From assembly GCA_013115145.1 (NCBI GenBank), contig JAAPAO010000293.1:1-42115 (forward strand): 42,115 bases of DNA, in the 5' to 3' direction. Position numbers and translations under genes: made by a program. This DNA comes from Perkinsus chesapeaki ATCC PRA-425. Taxonomy: Eukaryota; Protista; Perkinsozoa. The notes under the pieces were generated by a model. That model ran no database searches and was not told the origin of the DNA. It was given only the letters and a program-made list of their open reading frames with translations. Positions within the stretch are counted from its first letter, which is position 1, and each line of letters begins with the position of its first letter. Below are positions 23,515-33,805 of the stretch, piece after piece.

Positions 23515-26500
23515 TCACGCATGTATGGATGGCAAAGGGGGAGAAGGTGAAGAAGATGATGCGACAACAGCAGCAACAGCAACAGCCGCCCCGCTTCTTG
23601 TGGCCTCTGAATCGGAGACAGGTTCGCCATCAGGAGCTGAAATAAAAACATACCATCCCGGAATAGAACCGACGACCTCTGGATATACAAACAGCCGCTC
23701 TACCACTAAGCTACCTGGGAACACACCATCCTTCCGCATCTCCGATTGACTTGAAGATGGCATCGCCTTAACCCCTCCTCCTGCTGCTGCTGTGTCGGCA
23801 GTGCGTGATGGTATTGTCTTCTTGAACTCTACTTTCAGCCTCTTACTTCCCAACTTGAACCCATTCAAGCTATCAACGGCTTTCCTCGCCTGAACAGCAT
23901 CCAATAATAACCAATAATTTACTCCTATACCTACCCACCCTCGCACGAGGGTGATACCAAGCACATTTAAGCTATCAAGTATTACATTATTGAAGCCACT
24001 ATTAATAAATAGTTCTGCGCGCCCTGAAAACTTTAGTACGCTCCAGTATCCTGGCGTCAAAGTTCGAAGCTGTTTTCATATTCTCTTTCGCCAAGTGTTC
24101 TAATACGAAATCTTAGAATCGTACATCACTCAATAGCGAACGATAAATCACTAAAAAACTGAATATTTTACACGTTGGGGGCGCTGTATATCTCACGGCC
24201 AGTTGTACACAGAAATCGGACTGAGCTGCCCAACTACACCTATGCCGGCAGTTCCACTTCTCTCTCCCGCACGAGCAGAGTGTGAACCAGATTTATGTGT
24301 ACCAATCGTTAACACCCCTACTCTGCTGAAACCCAAAGCCACCTTAGCCGAGATCCGCCTTACACTTTCAAAATCAAAGTAGTTTACAAAACCGTAACCC
24401 CTTCCAGCAACAACCTTGACAGAATCGATAGCACCATACGGCTCGAAAAGGACCCTGAACAAAACTTTCTCACGCGCCACGAAATTCACGAGTACTTAAG
24501 TGTAGCATCATCGCATTCGGGCGGTAAATGGAATATAAACAAAGCTGTGAGGGTTTGGTTCGTCGTTGGTAACGCCAGGAGTGCCGATGAACTATTCAAC
24601 GTAGAGAGCTTACCTAAGATGAAAAAAGTAATTCAGAAATTATTTTTCTACAGTAGAAAAAGATTTGCACTTTAAAATAAATTATTTATAGGCAAACTGC
24701 TTGCTGGGTGTTTCGGTTGATCCAGAACAAACGACGATCAAATCGCGGAGCTGCACCAATACTCCCCAAATTCCAACGCGCCTTCGAGCGGTCAGCAATT
24801 GAGTCAATAATTTGACGTTCATATCGCACAAACTTTGATATTCATGTATGACCTTTATATATCAATAACAATAGATCACGCCACGCCCCACGCTTCAGTT
24901 AGTGCACGAATCGATCGGAAAGCGCTTCTACTAGACTTTAGTACCAACTACAGGCCTCTGGTTCGATTCCCACATGATATAGCTCTAGTCTCAATGATGA
25001 CATATATGCGTCTGTATCCACTTGACGATAATATACAGGATGCTCCAATTTGGTATGCAAACTATCAAATCTTATTTACTTACCGCATTAGAGCGGCTTA
25101 GTAAGCCAAAACTTGAAAATACATTTATTATAACTATGGAGATCCAATGCAACATCGATCAACCGTTTCATGGTTATACTAGACACGAGCGTGTTTTGGT
25201 GATTTGTATATCGAACTGAAACACTCTGTATTTTAATACACAGTTACTGATATAACGCTGATACGATACTATACCATTCCTGAATGAGCAAAGCTACATC
25301 TATAAATAATATTCTAACGTCATGCGTCTATAATATCTTCACGATTTAATCTATTCAGACTCGACCGACCTACACCTACCCGCCAAAGGTGTTCGCTGAC
25401 CGCCGCCGCCCGAGTTGTGCCGTGATAAAGACGATGCCATGAAATCTGCGACATATCTGACAGCACTTAATAACCTTCCCATACGATGCAATGGGAGTGT
25501 AAAACTAAGTACAAAACATTATGGAATTTATTTTCAATTTTAAAATACGGTATTTTTTCTAGTATCACATACCCCAATCAATGCTCACCAGTACTAGGAG
25601 TTCGGACGTGGAGTGGCCTGCTGCCGAGCTAGATATTTCCATGCCCCTGACTCCACACTTCAATACAGCTTCCCTACTCCATTTTGCTTGAATTCGTCAC
25701 GTCGCCCAGAAGGACAATCATTTTTCCTTCTCCCCAAACGTACTCGTTCCAGGCGCTGTCCCAACTAGCTTGTTGACTTTCGTCCACCTGCGGCGCTGCA
25801 GTACGATAACCGCCACGACGACGTGCGCTGGCTGAAATCGATCACGTGATCGATTTCGTTACCTTCTGCAAACGTACCGGTGTTGCTACTGGCAAATCGA
25901 GCTCTGTACTGTGTGCCCGAATGAACTCGTTGTTGAGGCCATCTGGCAACCACTCAAGTTCGAACCGCGGTAGAGGCAGCATTTTCACTAACTTACGATA
26001 GTCCCTCCGTTCCAGTATCATCTGTCTTTAAATTGAAAGCACCAGTCGAAAGGGAACGACCACCTGAGCGATACGGAGCTCTGCGAATCATTAGCAAATT
26101 CTGTTAGTTGGCCGCAAGTTCGATCCCCAGGCCTATCACTTTTATGCGGAAAAGTACTATTAATTATTGATTATCAATAAGTATAAGGTACTTGATTATA
26201 TATAACTTAGTTACTATATAATTTATCTATTATAAATATTATACACATAGATAGACTGTATAATTATTATTTATTAAATATATATTACTAGCTTACGCAG
26301 CACAAGTAAGATACCAAATTTTATAAATTATTTCTTATTAATTATAATATATAAAAGTAATATATTCCACTTGCCTGCTCAGTATTATAAACACACTGTA
26401 AAATAGTTATCATTTTCCCTCACTATGTCAACTATTCGAAAACACATCATAACCTTCTGACTAAATACCAAATGGCTCTCGACCATTCTACCTCTGGAAG

Positions 26501-28504
26501 TCCCTCCGCCAGCCACAGGTTCGATCCCCGGGTAAGGCATATATAAGCCACTCTTAGTACTGAATAATTGGTACCGTACTGCATCCGAATCAACACGGTC
26601 TGGACGGAACTCTGGCCTGAATAATAGAAATAACTGTTCAACGAAATATGAACCACATATGTGGTCAGTCGGATACCGGAAACACACACAAATAACTGTT
26701 AAAATCAGCAGATGCAAATTTCCACAAAATCCAACAAAAGATATTTCAGGAGATGGCAAGCATTGTTGAAAATAGACTGTAATTAGGGGATAGAACTGGA
26801 AATACACTTATTTCATCTCTTCATTTTCTGTTTTTCCGTTTTTTTCCCGAAAATCTTTACCCTTTTTCTCCGACTCCCTACCTCCACGGCTTCAACTGCA
26901 GCGTCGTAGTAATATTCGTTACCTCATCCGTCAGCTGCACCCCGGCAAACGCCCTCATGGCATTGTAGGAGCTCTCTTCGGTGTCAAACCGCACCACAGC
27001 AATTCCACGAAATCTTTCTCCATCTTGATCGAATAGCATCCTTATACTTTCAATGTGACTTTCATAATCGGGCCCAAATAAATCATTCACCTGCAGCCAT
27101 ACCAGTGCGTAGGAAGTATAATTACTGATAACCAAATAATTTAAAGCAATATGCGCTATAGAAGAAAGGTTGCAGACTCAAGTCGAGGTAACGTGGGAAA
27201 TATTAGTATTGATAGTGATATATTTTTATAAGTTACCGTCTGTTAACGGTAAGCAATATGTACCAGCAATAAGTAAGCAATAATGATTATCAACCGATTC
27301 ATGCGTTATTTGTATTCAACTATCGGTATACGAATCGAAATTGCTATTATTTTCAATAGTAAATATGTGTCACTATTATTACTTCTGTATGAGTGTATGA
27401 TGTCGGTATTCCTGATACGTACAGATTGCTGTGAATGTTCGCTTTCCAAGCTGGCCGGGCAACAGAGACTTTCATCCTTTTACCCTCGGGTAGTCGGGTG
27501 CCTGTCAAATATATCTTTACCGCACTATGAAGAATTTCCTCAAAGATATCTTTACCGCACTATAAAGAATCTCCTCAAAGATATCTTAACCGCACTATAA
27601 AGAGTTTCCTCAAAGATATCTTCACCGCACTATCAAGAGTTTTCTCAAAGATATCTTTACCGCACTATAAAGAGTTTCCTCAAAGATATCTTTCACGCAC
27701 TATAAAGAATTTCCTCAAAGATATCTTCAACGCACTACCGAGACTCATTCGTGAATCTAGTTACTCAATAGACAGTATCAGCTAAACCAATGGCGTACAA
27801 CCATCAGTGCTTCGTTTAACTGGGAAGTTGTGATGATATCTTCATCACCAAAAACATCGAATTTCCAAGCTTATAAGATTATCAATAACTAGAATAATCC
27901 TGTCCGCTTAACTCGATGAAGGCTTTCATAAAATTTTTCAATTACAAACACTAGCATTTTGATATTGGTCTGACGCCATCTTTTATTACTATTCAACGCG
28001 TCGACAGCCGCTTGAGCGTCCTCGTTTGATTCGAAATTAACAAATCCAAAGCCCATTGAGATTCCTGTGGTCTTGTCACGGACAACCTAAAAACGAGAAA
28101 ATCTTACTGAAATTTGCAGTCTGGAAATTTACGTCAGCGCAGTTATAATTCCGAGAACCGGCTGTTCAAAGTCTCCTAGGACTCGATTGAAGATTTCAAG
28201 TGAATCCTAGGAGCAATTCTGAAACGCAGGAGAGGTCGCCTATTGAGAAGCAGGCAAGTTGGTAATTTTCCCGAAATTTTCGGGAAAATAAGAAATTTTT
28301 GCGGGAAAAAATAATGATCCGTTATTATCCTTTTGCAGTATTTTTGTGAGAAAAAATGGGGAGTAGTTATTTAATATCACAGACGAAAAATTGGTGAATT
28401 ACCTTAATTGACTGAATCGGTCCGTATCTTTCGAACATCTCTTTAAGGTCAGATTCATTGAACGTAGTGGGAAGATAGTTAACAATAAGATTCGATTTAT
28501 CCAT
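23515..28504 (-). CDS. ELAV/Hu/CELF-like RNA-binding protein with at least three RRMs (could be two adjacent genes)
   Basis: RRM1: MDKSNLIVNYLPTTFNESDLKEMFERYGPIQSIK|VVRDKTTGISMGFGFVNF...ALN|STRLPEGKRMKVSVARP. RRM2: SNLYVSGIPTSYTHTE|VNDLFG...RFRGIAVVRFD. Distal RRM: LFIFHLPPECDDATLK|VLFEPYGAIDSVKVVAGRGYGFVNY and ARKAVDSLNGFKLGSKRLKVEFKK. Linker exons at 25300-26600 are only partly resolved. The ATG at 28504 directly follows a TTTCAG acceptor, so upstream exons or trans-splicing are possible. Confidence 0.8.
23645..23714 (-). pseudogene. Degenerate tRNA-Tyr(GTA)-like sequence forming nearly the whole 78-nt intron 23637-23714
   Basis: Intron GTAGCTTAGTGGTAGAGCGGCTGTTTGTATATCCAGAGGTCGTCGGTTCTATTCCGGGATGGTATGTTTTTATTTCAG. 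It has a D arm GCTT/GAGC, A box, loop TTGTATA, AGGTC variable loop, degenerate B box and a T-run. The anticodon and acceptor stems do not pair. Confidence 0.7.
25832..25862 (-). other. 31-nt GT-AG intron consisting of a 24-bp perfect palindrome
   Basis: GTAAC-GAAATCGATCACGTGATCGATTTC-AG. Removal gives the open frame GTFAE|ASARRRGG; retention shifts the frame. Confidence 0.7.
27506..27737 (+). repeat. 35-bp tandem minisatellite (~6.6 copies) in an intron of the ELAV-like gene
   Basis: Unit consensus CAAAGATATCTTTACCGCACTATAAAGAATTTCCT with 1-3 substitutions per copy. It abuts the 3' splice site at 27502-27504. A 17-bp piece recurs at 28608-28624. Confidence 0.95.
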
Positions 28505-29614
28505 CTGAAAGTTGAGCTATTATGTATCTTGCACGGTTGAGCTGAGGATACTTACTATTATATAGCCAGATTAAAGTTATTAAGATATATTAATATAGTA
28601 CCTAAAACGCACTATGAAGAATTTAAGATAATTTCATGATTAGACTTACTCTAATATTTGATAATAAATAATTACAAGACGTAGAAGGCAAGTGTAGGGA
28701 CAATTTGATACTAAACGCCAAGATTTCACGCGCCACAAAATTATTTTGGACGTCGTCGCGCGCCATGAAATTGAAATCCGGTTCAAATCCATCCATTCGG
28801 CCGATTGGACCTCAAGATAGTATTTCAATCTCAACTATCGCTCAACAGTCGTTTAGGCCACAGTCCAAAAATAGTGATACTTTCTGTTCGAGCAACAAGG
28901 GCTATTTTACACCTTCCGACAAGGTCGGTGAAGCAAGGACACTTACTGCCCAAATCCACTCGACCTTGAAGCCTCACCTACTCTGATGAGCATTCAGTTA
29001 CCATACACGACTGGTAGCTCTGTATCCCTCTATCGGCGAGGAGGGTAGAGCTGGACCCAGTCATATAGCAGATGTCTACGGTATAAGCCGACCAGGTTAA
29101 TTTATTCGATTTGTTTTTTCGTGATTCTCATTAGTTATAATAATTGTTAATGTTTCATTTATATGGTATTTGCTAATAAAGATATCTCCTACCGACCTCG
29201 AGCAACAACGGATGGACTGGTAGTAGTACTGGGCTTAAGCCGGCAATGTTGTGCTCGAAATTGAAGTTATCACTGGCCCATTTAATGCATTATAAAATCA
29301 ATTACCATGTTTATTTGACAAGATATTATATAATGCATTAACCCATATAATATACTCAATATAATGACTGAATATATTAGTTAATATATTAAACTATTAA
29401 AATAGAGATTATGGCTGCAGGTGACAGCTGAGACTCGAAAATGGCTTGAAAGGGAGATTATAGTAAATTAGTAATAGCTTGACTTGGTCAAATCCGTCAG
29501 TGTTATTATGAAAATGCACTGCCTTCGGCGTTCTTAAACCAAGTGTATCGAAGCAGCAGGCATGTTTTCCAACCTAGCAGCATCAACCTGGCTGACATCT
29601 GAACATTTTTCGCT

Positions 29615-30398
29615 CTAAAGTAGCTTCTCACCGACGACCGTCACGAAGTAGATAAACTCAAGAATTAGAGACTTCAGTTTGGTGACAATAGGAGGTTTTT
29701 CAGAGGATGCAAAACTCCGTCGAGTCGCTGTCATCAACATTTCGATCATCGAGGAGAGCTCCAGCTCGGACTTCGTCATTGCCGATAATAGTGCACAAAC
29801 GGAGGAGTAAGGAGGGGGCATTCTGAAAAATATCGATATTTTCGTGATGATTTTTTATAGTTGATTTTGAGTGAAGATCTGAAGCCACTAGGTAGTGAGA
29901 GCTCTTGTTGTTGATTATAAAGTAGCTGATTCACTTGTGATTGGTTCATAAAGTTGCCTATACGAAAGAGACCGTAAAAGGAGCTATTAGCATCATCAAC
30001 CGTGTAGCTGTTGAGGTGGATAATATTACTATTCCCTTGATAAGATGTACTTTATGAAAGGCCTCATAAAATTATTTAATCATTTAACGTGCTCTTGTGA
30101 AGTATTATTTCCCAGTTGCTTCAAATTAGCACTTTAAACGAACATTCGGTCCAAAGTGTTAAAATAGGCAAAGTCATTGCTAAAATTTTCTTAAACAGGT
30201 ATTTTTGGCCTCCGGTGCTTATCAGTTGTTGATGAATTTCCACCAGTCCTTTTCCGCATGGGACATCTGGCATCCGTCAGGTGTCGATCGAACTTCAGCG
30301 AGAGGACACTCAGATGGAAGCGCTCGGAAGTCACCAACGTTACCACTCTTAAAAGCGAAAAGGAATAAAACAGTTAGCGGCGAGAATACTGAGGTCAT
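29615..30398 (-). CDS. Possible multi-exon hypothetical protein with signal-peptide-like N-terminus
   Basis: MTSVFSPLTVLFLFAFKSG... from ATG 30398, and a second GC-richer open segment at 29615-29821; exon linkage not established. Confidence 0.25.
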
Positions 30399-30581
30399 AA
30401 CATACAGCAACGATCAGGGAGCACGTTTACCATCCAGAGGATGGAAAAAAACTGATTTTTATGGAAAAAAAATCAAAATATTTCCTAGGATGTAGAATAC
30501 GAACCGTCAGCACCAGAATCGCTATTATGTTCATGTAGAATCATCGCTTTTTATGAAGTTGGGCGTCGGTCGGCCAAGCAA

Positions 30582-31034
30582 ATGTGGCAGGTCCGAAAAT
30601 TACAAGTGCAAAACGATAATCTTCGTCGAACTCTCCGGAACACTCTACGGTGGATCAAAACCTCCAGAGGGGAACCGGCTACGACTGGCAAGGAGGAGGA
30701 AGCGAACGAAGGTCGGAAGGGTGGTGATGACGGAGGGGTGGAAGCTGTGACGTGTTGTGGTGAATGCCGAAAGTTGATTGAATGCAACACTTCTTTGGTG
30801 GAAGTTAATAGGAAAATACTGGCAGAGTATCGAGCAGTCAAAGCCGAAAGGGATATACTACTATCCAAGGTAAATGGGGGGAGAGAAAGGTTGAGTGGCA
30901 GCGCGGTTAGTGCGTTATGTCTTCATGCGAAAGGTTGTGGGTTCTATTCTAGGGTGGGTCATTTTTAGATTCACAGTGCGAAGGGCATCGACCTCAGATA
31001 TTTCTGCTCACCCGATGAAGAAGTCATTTTGTAA
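30582..31034 (+). CDS. Hypothetical coiled-coil protein (two exons; may extend upstream to the acceptor at 30488)
   Basis: Frame open from 30489 (DVEYEPSAPE...MWQVRKLQVQNDNLRR...RAVKAERDILLSK). GTAAAT...TTTTAG intron, then IHSAKGIDLRYFCSPDEEVIL*. Confidence 0.4.
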
Positions 31035-31931
31035 CATGAATCATTAAATGTTATTCATAATAATGAGCTATTCACTCACCGGAAATGATGTTGAGTTTTT
31101 GTTGGGTTCGCCGCATGACCATTCGAAAGTTGTTAATATGACACTTGTTGATGCTCTGCCGATAGATGAACGGGTGGTGACTGGAGAGTTGGCGAGTGAA
31201 CGGCGAAAGAAGGACTGGTGGATGGGGATGGTAATAGAGGAAGGTGGTTTGGCGATTATTAACTTGTCATCAAGATGTGCTGGATTATTACGTTGTTGTT
31301 GTTGAGGGCAGGACGTGCCCTGTGATAGTGATATTGCCGCGCCGAGCCTGTAGGACTCGCAAGCTGGCCACAAGTAGCAAGTAGCCGTCTTGAATAACGT
31401 TATTACCAGATTCTATCTTCTTATTAGTGCAGCAGCACTCCCCCTTCGACCATATAAATTCCAGTCGAAGCAAAATTTCATTTCTAGCATAGTCGTAACG
31501 ATACTGGTATGTTTGATTAACATTTCACTCTATATCATAACAGTGACATTCACACTTATGACACATGAGCTTCACTCGCTGTTGAAGCAGCTCTACAATA
31601 TTCTTTGAGGGTGCGAGTCCATTTCTACTATATTCGTTTCGAACACCTTCGCCGTTGCCAGAAAGCGGATCTTCCTTAATATACATTATCCGCCATTCAG
31701 AGACGATTTCTACTTTGGCCCCTATCACACGTTAAATTCTCGAAGCTTGGCTTTGGAATCCTAAACACAGAGCTTTTGCACTATGGTGCACGCAAACACA
31801 ACCGTTTGGCGGAGAAATGATTGAGCGGGATTATATGCGTAAAAATAGATCTGCGCGAGGAGCTATTACTTATACTTGGTGCTTGCCGTTTCTATGTAGT
31901 TTGTAAAAGTGTATTTTAGGGTATAATAATA

Positions 31932-32205
31932 ATGAGTATCATCTTTATGGTGGTTGGACTGTACGCGGTAATTTTCTCTGACTTCATGCCTTATACTGGT
32001 ATTGGACTGTTGGATTGGGTGAAAGATGATTGGTAAGGGGGGATGGTCTAGTCGTTAGTATACTTGCCTTTCATGCCCATGGTCGTGGGTTCGATCCTCG
32101 CTTAATCCATATCGAAGTGGTTGTGGAATGTTCGATAGCCTCCCTGAAAGTTCATATTTCCTCGCGGTTTTCACCCTTCGTCGCCGACGCAGTGCTAGAC
32201 ACTGA
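31932..32205 (+). CDS. Possible small membrane protein whose single intron (32033-32117) is tRNA-like
   Basis: MSIIFMVVGLYAVIFSDFMPYTGIGLLDWVKDD, a strong GTAAG donor at 32033 and AG at 32116-32117, then a short open frame to TGA 32203-32205; no family recognised. Confidence 0.3.
32037..32109 (+). pseudogene. Full-length (73 nt) degenerate tRNA-Glu(TTC)-like sequence
   Basis: GGGGGGA-TG-GTCT-AGTCGTTA-GTAT-A-CTTGC-CTTTCAT-GCCCA-TGGTC-GTGGG-TTCGATC-CTCGC-TTAATCC-A. Canonical spacing, intact T arm and B box, Glu/Asp-type D arm; the anticodon and acceptor stems are partly mismatched. Confidence 0.72.
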
Positions 32206-33691
32206 CGCAACTGGTTGAATCCCCACCGGACACGTGGGCAAGGAACCAGCCCTTCGATCTCAAGAGCCTGACATTGATGAACCACGCCACAGTCTATCCA
32301 GTCCGGGATTGGTGGCACTTTGTCGGTTAACCCACGAGAATAGTGCAATGAGGAGGCAACAGTGGCGATGCACATGTTTTAAAATTGATGTGATGAGCAG
32401 TTTTGTAGGAGTTATATATAAGCACGATGTTGTCGTGTAGGAATGATATTTACGTACCATACTGATATTCGTCATTTATATAAGGGAAGTTTGTGATAAA
32501 ATTAATAATAATAATAATAATAATAATTATTCACAGCCTGCCAAAATTAGGCAATCTAGTCAATTTGGAAAATACTGCTGGAGGACCATATATTATTGTC
32601 TTCGCGCGCCAATTCTAGGAGTTAGCAAAAATCATACAAATGCGCAGCAACTCTACGATATCCATTTTTGAGCTCCCCAGGCCCGACAACGGAACGGAGT
32701 GGTGTGCTTCACTTGGCGACAGAATTTCGGACACCATATCTCTCAGAGATTCTTGCTAGTAACTGGAAAAATGCAAATTTACGGAAATTTCCGAAAAAAT
32801 TTCCGAATTTTTGGGAATTTCATGCCCGCTATATGTCTTCATGACATGTCTGAATTTCATGTCTAAAATATAAGCCACTTATGACTTTGTGGCTTCCATA
32901 AGTCCCTTATGTGGTGATGATTCCCCTCCTTCCCTGCTGTTAGGTACTATTCGTGTCTAATACCAGCATTAGTTCCATTATATTTTATATTTATGCTATG
33001 GCAGTGGACGAGCACACAATATTTTCGATATGCTTGACATTGTCCACCTCTTGTGTTCGATTAATTAATCGAGGACTTCGACCAGCGCGGTTTAACTTCG
33101 GCAGGAATATTAGATGCGCCTCGGTGACTTGCGGATGATTGAATCGTGTTCCGCGTCAAACACTGGCGTCTCAGGGGAGTGGTGAAACCTTATCGGACTT
33201 GACTTCATTGCAACATTTGGTGGTGATGAAGAAGACTGTACAAAGTAGAGGATGAAGAATCTTTCGCACCCGCTCGAAAACCGCCGGTTAGTAATTGTCT
33301 AAGTGTGTTATCGATGAATGATTAGGAGGAGCGGATGGGAAATATTGTAAAGTGAGGCAAGAATCTGGAAATCTAATCTTAACTTAGTATATGAGTAGCA
33401 ATACTAGCGTCGAGCTGAGCTTAACGCTCCATCCAACAACAAATATACAAATTGTATAATACAATATGCTGCTTGTAATAGTTGATACCTATAGAGTGAG
33501 ATAATATTAGTGAAGTTGGCGATGAAACAGATCTGAATGAGGCCTCAGTCATGTTATAATACTTCGTACGCATACCAGATCTTGAAGTTTGAAGAGGTGT
33601 TGATAATTGCGTGAATGAACAAGCTGTCGGAGTGCGTAATATCTGGTACCGCTCTTTAGAAAAAAGGAAAAGGGGTATCGGAAAAACAGCA

Positions 33692-33770
33692 GGAAATTTT
33701 CGGGAAAATTTCGGGAAAATTTTGGGAAAATTTCGGGAAAATTTCGGGAAAATTTTGGGAAAAAATTTCA
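33692..33770 (+). repeat. 11-bp tandem repeat GGGAAAATTT(C/T), about 7 copies, ending at an AG acceptor
   Basis: Directly visible; similar GAAAATTTC-rich tracts fill several other introns (e.g. 6100-6220, 6540-6600, 32780-32820). Confidence 0.85.
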
Positions 33771-33805
33771 GTAGTTTTCGCTATTTCACAGTATTATTGG
33801 CTTTT

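Noticed and set aside
24955-24975. GGTTCGATTCC B-box-like sequence (similar one at ~28778-28790)
   Set aside because: The T stem does not pair beyond 2 bp and no other tRNA parts are recognisable.
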